Assembly: GCA_951406725.2 (NCBI GenBank)
Contig: OX597820.1
Location: forward strand, 110,422,001 to 110,486,000
Source of the DNA: Octopus vulgaris
Taxonomy: Eukaryota
Reading direction: 5' to 3'
Length of the DNA: 64,000 nucleotides
Every line of letters starts with the position of its first letter. The first letter of the stretch is position 1. Positions 1 to 11,735 of this stretch are shown here, piece after piece. The notes under the pieces were generated by a model that saw only the letters and a list, made by a program, of their open reading frames with translations, ran no database searches and was not told where the DNA came from. A program made the translations under genes and the position numbers.

Positions 1-250
1 CATAAAGGTTGTCCCTATTGTCATTGGAGCATTGGGTTCAATACCTGAAGAAACATCTGGAAACTTTCAAAATCCCCTACAATCTAGGTGTATGGCAAAA
101 ATCAGCATGACTTGGAACTGCATGCATATTGTGTAAAGTATTGTCAGTCGGAGGTCCTTGTTGTGACTTGACAGACAGTACAAACCCCCAGTAGGCACTA
201 TATCTCCAAATAACAACATCACAATATTGGATACTGTGTGATGTCTTAAA
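1..250 (+). mobile_element. 3' end of an R4/Dong-like non-LTR retrotransposon (restriction-like endonuclease type), degenerate
   Basis: Translates IKVVPIVIGALGSIP...QKSA*LGTACILCKVL, matching the C-terminal VPIVIGALG / QKxxLLGTARILRxVL pattern of R4/Dong-type elements. It runs directly into a (TAA)n tract. Confidence 0.7.
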
Positions 251-266
251 AATTAATAATAATAAC

Positions 267-304
<38 letters not shown>

Positions 305-900
305 GAAAAACAACAGCAACAATAAAAACAACAGCAACAATAAAAACAACAATAATAATACCAGTAATAGTAATGATAATAATAATAATGGTAATAATAT
401 CATTGATGGTAATAATAATGGAAATGATAATAATATTCATTAGAATACTAACAGTGAGAATGGTACTGGTAATAGTGGTGGTAGTGGTAATAGTAGTGGT
501 ACGAGTAATGATTTTATAATGTGATTTCTGTATATGTCACCTTAGTATTGTGCACTAATAATGGAGACACCAATTGTCTCCACTTGATGTATTCCTAAAT
601 ACTCTGCCAACAACTGTAACCAATCCAAAACAACTCTCAGTGAATTATAAGAACTTTACAACAATTTCCTGCAACTTCACGAACTCACAGACAGCATCTT
701 TTGACTTCCTGCAATTTCTCATCTCTTGCTCAGTCAAACATGCTGCTACTTATACAAGTTCAGCTAGTCCATTCTCACAGGGTGTGTCATGATATTTGCA
801 ATAACAAATAACAACAACAACAACAACAATAATAGTAATAATAATAAGTACAATAATAATAGTGACAACAACAATTGTACTAGTTGCAATAATAGGGATA
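251..900. repeat. (AAT)n/(AAC)n microsatellite and low-complexity tracts
   Basis: Visible at about 251-440 and 800-870. These explain the poly-L/I/N ORFs. Confidence 0.9.
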
Positions 901-1149
901 ACACCATTAGCCATGTCAATAATACCACATTTACCTCCTCTCAAGGGTTAGGAACACCTATATCTACTATCATCAATACTTATGATAAAGGCATAGATAG
1001 TAGTGAAAATAGCATATACTTGGCAAGTGAATCAGATTGATCTAATTTAGCCCATCATATATTTTCTAATTATACTAATTGTAATACACTTAGTAGAAAG
1101 ATTAATGAATCACATATCTTCTAGTGTAACTTCAACATATGGGACAAAT

Positions 1150-2240
1150 GCTCATTACAAGCTCACTGCAAAAGGTCTAACATAGTATTATAAGTGTCAG
1201 TCCTAAATAAGCTCCAAAACTCCACTAAAATTTATATTGGAGCTTTTGTTAATTTTAAACAAAGATACACACCACATTTAAACTCATTTAGACACAAAAA
1301 ACATAGTAAATCAACTTCTCTGGCAGAATACAAACACTAACTTAGGAAAGAAACATACTACACAATATAGCTTGGTCCATCATTCACTCTTGTCCTCTAT
1401 ACCAGGGCCAATGCATGTTGGTTTGTTTGAAAGAGTCTTTGCATATACTGTCCCATAACTCAGCACAATTATTAAAAAAAGCATCACAAGGCATTATGTA
1501 CACAAATTCTTTAAAACATGCAAATTTTACCACAAATACAGATGAAGTAGGATAACTACCCCATATAGCTACCTTCCAATTTATTTTCTTTGATATGTTG
1601 TTCAGATAGGGGATAGGTTCACTTAATTAAATGGTTTATTAACATATCATCACATTTGTTTATTGTATTCATTTATTTTTTCATAGATTTCTTCATAGAT
1701 TCTTTCCCCACTCTTGTCTATTAATTCATAGTTCTACACCTCACCTGGCTTATAGCTTGTGTAATATATACTCAGTTGCAGCAAAATGATTAAATAACTA
1801 ATGTCAAGCATTTTTTTCTAGTGTCCATTGTTCCCTCAGATCTCTTACATTTTACTCCAGGACAGGTCTTAATGTAGTTCACTAGCAAAAAATTTATATT
1901 CATGAATATGTTATTTGGATAAGGTGTAAACTCACTTTAATTTAGGATACTATGTCTACCTCATCATCATATTCCTTTATTTTATCTAATTTATGGAATA
2001 TACTCCTCCCTTATGGCATGTTTCTGTATCTCATTTGCCTTATAATGTATTTAACAGCTATTATAATTTCATATTCTTATCTTTCCAAATTTCTTTACCT
2101 TACCAGATTTCTTTACCTAACATTTTTATTTATCTACTTTATTCTATCATTTATTACAGGATCTATTATTCATTATTACTTTATTCATTTCCATGTGCTA
2201 TATAATTCACTCTACTCTAACCTGATGAAACGTTATATTT
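1150..2240 (+). mobile_element. Degenerate Penelope-like element remnant (GIY-YIG endonuclease end plus AT-rich terminal region)
   Basis: Frameshifted motifs NIV..KC, YIG, FKQRY..H, SFRH and TSLAEY at about 1180-1330. A collapsed hammerhead remnant taacCTGATGAAACgtta lies at 2218-2235. Confidence 0.5.
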
Positions 2241-2480
2241 CATTTATTTATTTTTATTTGTTCCCATTAAAGTTGGGCTTTCAGTTGTATTAGTAATATT
2301 ACATGCTTCTATAGCTAACACCACTATAACCAGTTGAAGTTTAACTCTTCCCTCACTGCCTTCTGTCATTGTACTGATGGGCACTGATATATATATATAT
2401 CACCATGATATATATAAGGGAGCACCAGGAATATAGCATTGGTGGTACTTCTGTCTGGCATAAATCCATATTTAGCAGGG

Positions 2481-4120
2481 TCATCTCCCTGAAAAGAGCT
2501 GTAGCTTGTCTGTTTTCCTACTTATTAGGACTTTGTTCTTTGCTAAATTAACTCTAGGGCCCATTGATTCCAGGCCTTGCTTCCATACCTGAATTTTCTT
2601 CTCTAGTTCTTGTAGTAATTCAGCAATAGGAACAAGGTCACCAGTGTAGAGGAGCTCCCAAGGAAAGCCAGTCTTAAATTCCTCTGTTATAGCTTGAAAG
2701 ACCATGATAAACATGAGGGACCTGAGAGCCAATCCATGGTGGACTCCTATTTGTACACTAAATTTCTTGCTATACTCATTGGTGACTTTCACTTTACTGA
2801 CAGCATCCCTGTACTTGGTTTGTACAGCTCTCACTAACCACTCATCTATCCTTAGTTTCTATACTGACTACCAGATAAAGAAGCAGGGGACCCTGTCCAA
2901 AGGCTTTTTCCATGTCAACAAAATCCCACTACAAAGGTTTATTTTTGGCTAAATACTTCTCCTGCAGTTGCCTTACCAAGAATATAACATGAGTCATGCT
3001 TTTACCTGGTACAAATCCCAAATGCATGTCATCTAGGCTAACTCTCTTCCTAATTAATTAAGCTATGATCCTTTCTGAAAATTTTATTCCATGGTCCAGC
3101 AATTTGATGCCTCTGTAATTATTTCTGTCTAAGGCATCACCTTTGCCTTTGTAGCAGTTGCCTATAATGCTACTACTCCAATCATTGGGTATGACTCACT
3201 TATGCACAACCTGATTAACTATACAGGTGACTAGGTCATATCCCATTCCATAAGATATTTTAAGCATCTCAGCAGTGATTCCGGATGGGCTGGGAATTTT
3301 CCCTGTCTTCATATCCTTCATAGGTTTATCTACTAAGCTACTGTTGATTCTGATAACTGCCCCCCTTGATGGGTTCATATTAGGTAGGGTCTCCTTCTCC
3401 CATGCATTCTCTACATTTAGCAGCTTTTCATAGTGGCACTTCCAAGCCTCTTTCTTTGCAAGATCACTAACTGCGAACTAACTTTGCAGAATCATCCATG
3501 TAAACACACTTCTCTCCTACAACATCATGGTTTTCTCCGACACACTAATCTTGCAATCTGAAGCACTTCAAACCTCTGATCCTCACACCGCAAAGCATTG
3601 ACAAACTCCTTCTTTTCTGCTTTTCCCCAGGTAAAGTATACCTGTCTTCTAGCCTCCCTCCTAGCTACTTGATATAGCTCTCTGCTACCACCATTCTTCT
3701 TGTCCTCCTAGGCCTCTTTCTTTGTTCTAATGGCCTTGTCTACAACATCATTCCACCACCATATCACCTTAGGTTCGATTGGGACTTTGTACCAGCCACA
3801 GATTTGTCTGTGACGCTCAGCAAGCTGTTCTATGTTACTAGTCTGTAGTTCATCCTCCTCTTTGTTAAAGTTTCCATCCCTAAATCTCTGGATCCTTAAG
3901 ATTCCAAATCCATTTTCTCCAGAGAGGTCTACTACTTGGAACCCTTCTAGCCTGAAGTTTAAAGTCACAAATGACTATTCTTTGCCAGGGAAGGTCTTTG
4001 TATTTATGAGTAACCATGTATCACACTTTCTGGAGAGAATGTAATCAATGTGGTTAGTGTGGTCACCTGATTGAAAGGTTATTAGGTGACTGGCTGGCTT
4101 TCTGAAGTTGGTGTTGCAGA
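2481..4120 (-). mobile_element. RTE-clade LINE fragment (endonuclease end plus reverse transcriptase), degenerate
   Basis: ORFs 2481-2834, 3196-3378 and 3708-3968 (GVHHG..., ITEEFKTGFPWELLY.GDL, MKTGK..PSGITAEMLK) are colinear with the plus-strand copy at 18250-21100. Confidence 0.85.
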
Positions 4121-4515
4121 TTATATATATATATATATATATATATTGCTTTGCATACGGGGTGCACTGTGCATGTGTATATATGAGTGTATGTATATAT
4201 TTACAAACATGTTAATATGTATATAAGAAAAGGAGGGAGGAAGAGAGAGAGAGTGATGCTTTCAAAAACAATGACTAAATCAAAATTGTCATCTTGAATT
4301 GTAATTAAATTTCAATAGGCTTTACTTATGCTTTACTTGAACTTTTTCCTTCTCTCCCGACCTTTCCTTTCTCATTTTTCTCTTGAAGAACTATGCTCAA
4401 AACGTTATACACCCACTCTTTTTATCATCTTGTACTGAGCATCAACTTAAAACATTTACTATGTATGTCCTTTAGACTATTGCTGTTTTGTTATTTTTAA
4501 TTTTTGATTTGCCTC

Positions 4516-4537
4516 TGTGTGTGTGTATGTGTGTGTA

Positions 4538-4593
<56 letters not shown>

Positions 4594-4643
4594 TGTGTGT
4601 ATGTGTGTGTGTGTGTGTGTATGTGTGTGAGAGAGAGAGAGAG
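4516..4643. repeat. (TG)n(GA)n microsatellite
   Basis: Directly visible. Confidence 0.95.
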
Positions 4644-4970
4644 AAATAAGTGTCAGAAATGCCTTGCCCCATGGCAGAGGTTTTGTAAGATCTTCTAAGT
4701 CCATTGCAATACTGGAAATGTTTCCATATTGTCAGCAGGTATGTCAGGGTCACAAGCATTTTGTCCCTCACTTCACTTGAGTGAAACAGTGAGGATTGAG
4801 TAAGTCTTCAATAACGGAAAGGTTCCACTTGCAGTCTCTTATCAACTATAACCATCTTAAACTAGTTTCAGATGCCATGCCTTTTTCCTTGATGGCTTTC
4901 TTCAGTTGTCTAGGTTCCAGACCTATCTTCTTCAGGAAACAGTACACTGACCCAGATGGAAGGCTATAGC

Positions 4971-5252
4971 TGTGGGATGATGTCAGCAGCTAGGGAGCTG
5001 ACCGGAACTTGGGGCTGACCGGAAGAGGAAGGGGCAGGAATAACGCACACGCAAGCAGGGGAGGATTGGGCCTTTTCAATTGGGGTAGCAGACAGAGTTG
5101 GATGTGTGAGCGCTTTGTCAAAGTAGGGGAAAAGCAGCTGTTATTTCTAGCGTTCGGGTCGGGCCACGTGGAAGGGCGCATTCCGCTGGAGATGTCGATG
5201 TCGACGAAGAGAAGGTAGGTGTCTCTATTTCAAATCTCCCGCACACACCACA
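4971..5252 (+). repeat. 5' LTR (TG...CA)
   Basis: Direct repeat of 8637-8919. Manual alignment gives about 40 substitutions and 1 indel over about 282 bp. Confidence 0.92.
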
Positions 5253-8200
5253 AGCTATTTCGGCGCTCCATATAAGACGTCACTATGATGGCAGTGAAAA
5301 TCAGGATCGCCAGCGACATTATCAGACCCTTTAATGGTGAGGGCGATGTAGTGGCCAGGATTCGTAAAATCAGGCTGGTGGCGAGACTGCAAGGCATAAG
5401 CGACATAGCAAGCCTTTTTGGCACTGTATTTAGAAGGGAGCACGTTGACTCCATATCTTGGATGAGGAAGAACGTCTGAGCGAGAAGATTGAGCAACGTC
5501 TGAGAGACGCTTACACTGAGTCTGAGTACACAGCTTTTGCTAAGTTGGGTACGATTAGAAGGATGGGAGAACAGGTGGATGAATACGTGACAGATGTTCA
5601 AAGGCTAGCCACGCTAGCTGGGTTTACAGGAGAAGGCCTGGAGAAAGCAGTGCAACTGGCGTTTGTAAGTGGGTTCCCTGACGATGTAGGGATTCACCTA
5701 CAACAATTGGCCGGAAGTAAAAAGATGGCGCTGAGCGAACTTGTGACTCAAACCCGTGTGTTGACGCGAAACACTGGATGGAAGGCGATAGCAATGGTGA
5801 TAGTGATGGTGGTAACAGAGGCCGGAGAAAGACACGAAGAAGCCTACCGTGCAACAACAGCGGCCGATCTCAGGCCGGTGTTTTAGATGTCAGGGGTCGC
5901 ACATGGCAAGGGAGTGTACGCAACCAAGGCCCATCTGCTTTCAAGGCAGGAAGACAGGGCACATTGCCCATGATTGCGACCAGGGAAACAACCGTGGGGA
6001 AGTTGCTGCCTCTCGAACGCTCCCCGCAAACGAGTAGAGTTGCTTTTGGAGACGCTGCCCTTAATTGATGTCGAGGCTGAGGGGAAGACGTTCAAGGCCC
6101 TCGTGGATATGGGTTGCACGACCACCTTCGTGACTTCAAGGGTGATGAAGAAATGGAATGGGGCAAGTAGCGACCGGGCAGTCAACGGCAGCGAAATCCG
6201 TTGCAAAGGCATCAGCAAGGTAGAGATAGTGGTGCGAGGCGCAACGCTAAGGCTGCAGTTAATTGTGGTTGAACGCGTGATAGATGGGGTTGATGTGGTG
6301 ATGGGGATGGATGCCATCAACTGCCTCGATGGCTTTAGTATTGTAGGAGATGAGGTCACGTTCGGAAGTGTGGGGGCGTCATGTGCTGTGAGTCAGGATA
6401 GCCAGAGAGAGCAGAGCCCTGTGAGGCTTACACCATTAAGGACAAAGATTTTCAGGCGGCGTTCAATGGTCAGTGGTGGATGGTAGAGTGGCGATGGAAG
6501 GACGAGCCCCCAGTGCTGAAAAACAGAGTGAGCTGCTACCAGCATACCCTGAAAGGTCACGCCAGGGTCGAGTTTGAAGACGAGGTGGAGAGGTGGATCG
6601 AGGAAGAGGTCCTTGTTTCGTGTGAGGAGGAGGTAATGGGCGGAGTGCTACCTCTGATGGCGGTGGTGCAGCCAACGAAGGGAAAAGTCAGACCAGTGCT
6701 GGATTTCAGAGAGCTAAACGAGTATATATTGTGCCACACGGGAGGCGAGGCGAGGCGACTTTTGTGGCGAGATGTTACGTGCATGGAGACAGTCAACCCA
6801 GGCAGAGTCGATTGTCGACTTGAAATCGGCATACATGCAGCTCTGTGTGAGCGACAAACAGTAGCGATATCAGCTGGTGCGGTACAAGGGCCGGATGTAC
6901 TGTTTAACCAGGCTGGGTTTCAGACTGAATTCTGCTCCGAAGATCATGGCGGCAGTGCTTAAGAGGGAACGAGGACAAGATTAGAAAGGCCACCAGTTCC
7001 TACATAGACGACATTTTGGTGGACGAAACTGTAGTGCCAGCCAACGAGGTAGTGAGACATCTGGAGAAGTTTGGACTGATTGCTAAGCCACCAGAGTCGA
7101 TGGAAGGGGGAGCTGCACTGGGGCTGAAGCTGCAAAGAGATAGATTGGGTGAGTTGGTGTTACGGAGAGGGAATGAAATCCCAGAGCTGAGTTCCAGCAT
7201 CAGCAGAACAGAGCTGTTCTCGGTGTGTGGGAAGTTGGTCGGTCACTACCTGATCGCTGGATGGCTGCGCACAGCATGCGATAGGGGTTGTGTTGGAGAT
7301 CGAAGGCGCTGAGGTGGAGGACGCGATCTGGCTTCAGAAAGCTGATGACTTTAACCACATCAATGTTGCCGAATTAGACACGGTGCTGAAAGGGGTGAAC
7401 TTGGCCCTGAAATGGGGGCTGCACTCAATCGAAATCCAGACAGATTTGGCCACTGTGCTTGGCTGGGTAGGATCGGAGATCACCAGTAAGAGGAGAGTTC
7501 GGACGAAAGGTGCCATGGACATGTTGGTGAAGTGCCGTCTAGGAGTTCTAGGAGAATTGATTGCCGAGTTCGGACTGAAGCTGAATGTGGGTTTCGTGCC
7601 TTTGAAGAGAAACAGGGCAGACGCACTGACCAGGGTGAAAAAGGCGTGGTTGGAGGAACCAGAGGAGGCACAGAAAGGGATAGCTGCGGTGTGTCGGTTG
7701 AATGACTCGGAACTGAAGAGACGGCACGCTATGTATCACTTAGGTGTGGACAGGACCCTGTATCTTGTGAAGAAAATTGATAATGACGTTACTAGGAGAA
7801 GCATCCGGGAAGTGGTTGGGAGCTGCGACAGGTGTCAGTCCATTGACCCTGCTCCATGTGGGCATGAGCAAGGAAACCATTCGGTGGAGCACAAGTGGAA
7901 GAGGCTAGCTGTGGATATGACGCACTACCGTCAGGGAATGTATCTTTCCATGGTCGAATGCAGGCTGGGAATTTGGAGTGAGTTGAGAATGGGCATTGCT
8001 GACGAGATGGCGCAGATTTTGAACAGGATATTTTTAGAGAGGGGTCCTGTGGAAGAATTGCTAATAGACAACGGGGCGGCATTTCATTCGGAAGCATTGA
8101 GGGATATGCTCGACCGGTGGAAAGTGCATCGCTTGTTCAGAGCAGCATATAGGCACCATTGGACAGTCAAGGCCATAGCAGAAAGAGGGCACATTTTGCC

Positions 8201-8636
8201 ACTGGAAGCAATTTTTTGGTACAACATGTCTTCCCGATCTGGACAAGCTGAAGAATCTGTGCTGCACAGAGCGGTATTTAAATATGAATGGAGGCATCTG
8301 AGTAAAGTGCTGGAGGGCCAAGAGGAAGAGAAGGGACCCGCTTGCGTGAAAATTGGGGAGGAAGTCTGGGTAAACCACCGAAGGCCCGCTGTACGTCTCA
8401 ATGGAGCAGAGGAACGGTGATGGCGGTCAATTCCAGAAACAACGTATCCATGGATGGAATGCTGCGACATGTCTTGGACCTTCACAGGATTGTCGCTTCG
8501 TCAAATGAACATTGTGGAGAGAAGGAGAACGAGGTGCCTAGCCTGAGAAGATCTCAACATGCAAGGTGCCCTCCCAGTTGGATGGTGGACTTCGACATGG
8601 AGTAGAGAGAATGTGATCTTTAAGATCAGGGTGGCG

Positions 8637-8919
8637 TCTGGGATGACATCAGCAGTTGGGGAGCTGACCGGAACTTGGGGCTGACTGGAAGAGGAAGGGA
8701 CAGGAGTGACGTGCGTGCAGGCAGGGGAGGACTGGGCCCTTTTGATCGGGGTAGTGGACAGAGCTGGACGTGTGAGTGCTTTGTCAAGGTAGGGGAAAAG
8801 CAGTTGCTATTTCTAGCCTTCGGGTTGGGCCACATGGAAGGATGCGTTACTGCTGGAGAGGTCTACATTGACGAAGAGAAGGTAGGTGTCTCTATTTCAA
8901 ATCTCCCGCATACACCACA
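8637..8919 (+). repeat. 3' LTR
   Basis: Direct repeat of 4971-5252, preceded by purine-rich aagatcagggtggcg. Confidence 0.92.
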
Positions 8920-9938
8920 ATGGCAGCCAACTTCAATGGGGAATGAGGTCACATGTCAGTGTTTAACAAGGACCTCATTGACTAAAACCAGATATTTCAA
9001 TTTTTTTACCCAAGTCTGTCCTCTCAGGGTACTGTGAGTTCAGTCATGATACTTGTCTTTGTATTCCTGGAGAGCAGGAACATGTCTAATTGGAGTGAGA
9101 TTACAACCATTTCCTCAGGGAAGACAAGTCTGCCTCTCAGGTCCACTTGTATCTCCCATTCTCAGGCTAAACACAAAATTGAAAATAGGTCTCCTTCCAT
9201 TGCTTTTGCCTTGGGAGCTTTTTCACCTCCCTTTAGGAATTTGGTACTCTTCGGTGGAGGTGGCTGGTGTTTATTAGCCTTCACCCTTTGCAGATCAATC
9301 CACTTGGCAATTTCTGCAAGAACCTTATCATGTATCCACCTGTATTGGCCTTCTCCCAGTGCACTAGGGCATCCGGTCAAAACATGGGTCAGGTGCAAAA
9401 GTTGCTCTACACTGCTTATAGGATGGGTCTTTTTCATGATCCTATATTTTAAGGTTGTTTGGGATTTTTGCATTCTTAGAGAGCAGGAACATGTTTAGTT
9501 GGAGTGATGTCTAAGAAGAAAAACCTGCTCTTCAGGACCACTTGCATTTCCCAGTATGAGGTTGAAAGTAAAATAGAAAAGGGGACCCTTCCATTGCAGT
9601 TCAGGTTTCTGTACAAGTTTACCTTTTTCTAGAAGGAAGTTCTCGTGGGAACTAGGGGTCCTTCACTTCCAGTAGTCTACTTGCTAATTAAACCATAGCT
9701 GGGACTCTAACAGGTGCTACTACTCTGAATCAGAGTAGACCTGGGAACAATAGTTACAAACAGGTGATTCCACACTCCTCAAAACCCTGGAACTCCTGTT
9801 GTGCCCTTGATTTTAGAGTTGATTGTGTTGAAAATTGGATTCAGTACTGTGCAACACTTTACTCTCTTAAAAAAAAGTCACACATAGGAACTTCTTGGAT
9901 TGGTCATGAGTTGATTTCCACCACCATTATTATATATA

Positions 9939-11089
9939 CAGGGTGCGAATAGATTGTCGTCTAAATTACACAAAAATGAAAATAACACTGATATTTCATT
10001 TTAACAGGTATATTTATCAAAATGACACAAAAATATCTTGAAATACTAAAGAATAAATATATTCAATAAAATTGCCATTGACTTCAACCATGGCCTCCAG
10101 ACAACTTCAGAATCTGCAACTTTTCTGGACAGCCTCCTTGTTTAAGTTAGTGAATGCTGCCGTATTCCTTGCCTTCAGTTCATCTTTGATGTTACAAGGA
10201 GTTTTGTCAGTTTCTCACTCAATTGCACCCCACACATAATAATCAAGGGGTTGCAGTCTAGAGAGTTAGGTGGCAAGATGTTAGGGATGATGTGGTTTCA
10301 GAAATTATCTGACAGCCATGACTGGGTTCTCCTGGTTGTGTGGCATGGTGCAGAGTCTTGTTGCCAGACATAGGGTCTTCTAGCAGCCACTGTCTTGAAC
10401 CAGGGCAACACTAGCTCCTCCAGGCACTTGATGTAGGCCTTTGAGTTGAATCTGAGGTCACATGGAAAGATGAATGTCACCATCACTAGTGATCACTTCA
10501 TGTCGACTGGATGTTTGATTTTTATCACTCTCAGTACATGTACTCAGATTGTATTGTCCTCAGATGGACCCCCAAACACTCTGAAATGTTTGTATTGGAG
10601 CTTCCAGTATGAATGCTAAGCAGTACAGCATGTTGTTTCCAAGTTTCTGGCAGAGTGAATTGCGCCATGGTGCTGTTTTTCTCACAGATGGTGCCCAGCT
10701 GACCCTACAATACTGTGTAGTCAACTAATTCAAAAATAATGTGCATGCACGAAATTAAAAAAATAAAATGGCGACAATTTACCCATCACACCCTCTCGCA
10801 GTTAAGTGAGAGACCAACAAAACTCCTTGTAACACCAAAGATGAACTGAAGGCAAGGAATATAGCAGCATTCACCAACTTAAAGAAGGAGACCATTCAGA
10901 AGAGTTGCAGGAGATTCTGAAGTCATCCGGAGGCCATGGTTGAAGCTTATGGTAATTTTATTGAATAAATTTACTCTTAGTATTTCAAGATATTTGTATG
11001 TAATTTTGGTAAATATATCTGTTAAAATGAGATGTCAGTGTTATTTTCGTTTTTGTATAATTTAGATGACAGTTTATTCACTGCACATC

Positions 11090-11092
<3 letters not shown>
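9939..11092 (-). mobile_element. maT (DD37D) Tc1/mariner transposon, internally deleted, with an adjacent inverted partial copy
   Basis: YVWQQDSAPCH...PPNSLDCNPLDYYVWG, with 37 residues between the second and third Asp after correcting one stop and one frameshift. Termini are ta|CAGGGTG..ttgtcg at 9939 and cgacaa..caccct at 10794. Segment 10798-11092 is the reverse complement of about 9939-10230. Confidence 0.8.
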
Positions 11093-11129
<37 letters not shown>

Positions 11130-11139
11130 TCTGTACTCT

Positions 11140-11560
11140 TTTACTCTTTTACTCTTTTACTTGTTTCAGTCATGTGACTGTGGCCATGCTGGAGCACCGC
11201 CTTTAGTCGAGCAAATCGATCCCAGGGCTTATTCTTTGTAAGCCTAGTACTTATTCTATCAATCACTTTTGCCAAACCGCTAAGTTATGGGGACGTAAAC
11301 ACACCAGCATCGGTTGTCAAGCGCTGTTGGGTTGGGAGGACAAATACAGACACACAAACATACACACACATACATATATATATATACATATACACGACGG
11401 GCTTCTTTCAGTTACTGTCTACCAAATCCCCTCACAAAGCTTTTGTTGGCCCGAGGCTATAGTAAAAGACACTTGCCCAAGGTGCCATGCAGTGGGACTG
11501 AACCTGGAACCATGTGGTTCATAAGCAAGCTACTTACCACACAGCCACTCCTATGCCTAT
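11140..11560 (-). mobile_element. tRNA-derived SINE of an abundant octopus-type family
   Basis: Minus-strand head has A box TGGCTGTGTGG and B box GGTTCAGTCCC, an internal (TA/TG)n tract and the tail ..gctccagcatggccacagtc..gactgaaacaagtaaaaga. Other copies lie at 33826-34543 and partially at 62445-62630. Confidence 0.85.
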
Positions 11561-11691
11561 ATATATATATTATAATAAGATATATATATATATATATATA
11601 TAATATAATTCGAGACAAAACCACTATTTTAAAACCAAACAAGGAAAGACTTAATCAATACATAAAATTTTAATATAAATTAAATAAACCG

Positions 11692-11735
11692 CCACTACAA
11701 ATGTTTCATGTCTGCTACCGACAATCTTCAGGTGG
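11692..11735 (-). ncRNA. Minimal type I hammerhead ribozyme motif
   Basis: Minus strand reads ccac-CUGAAGA-u-ugucgguagcagaca-u-GAAAC-auuu-GUA-gugg. Stem I is ccac/gugg, stem II uguc/gaca, stem III is short, and the cleavage triplet is GUA. Confidence 0.65.

Larger units (their letters stand above)
4971..8919 (+). mobile_element. Ty3/Gypsy LTR retrotransposon with both LTRs, degenerate, internal deletion between RT and RNase H
   Basis: LTRs at 4971-5252 and 8637-8919; 5-bp TSD ATAGC/ATGGC. Gag has two CCHC knuckles (CFRCQGSHMAREC, CFQGRKTGHIAHDC). Protease ALVDMGC, RT VRPVLDFRELN..YIDD, RNase H HINVAELD and integrase (H..H..CDRC, D..DNG) occur in PR-RT-RH-IN order. Confidence 0.93.
4800..9500 (-). 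mobile_element. Hero/NeSL-like non-LTR retrotransposon C-terminal fragment, split by the Gypsy insertion (parts about 8920-9500 and 4800-4970)
   Basis: CCHC/REL-region motifs HVLTGCPSALGEGQYRWIHDKVL, then DMFLLS..ELTVP*E..FPIEVGC. After the insertion the frame continues LKKIGLEPRQLKKAIKE..ASETS. Confidence 0.7.

Noticed and set aside
77-1040. Poly-Leu/Ile/Asn ORFs
   Set aside because: They are translations of AAT/AAC microsatellites. The same applies to the HT/CV/YI-repeat ORFs at about 4.5, 60.5 and 62.5-63 kb.
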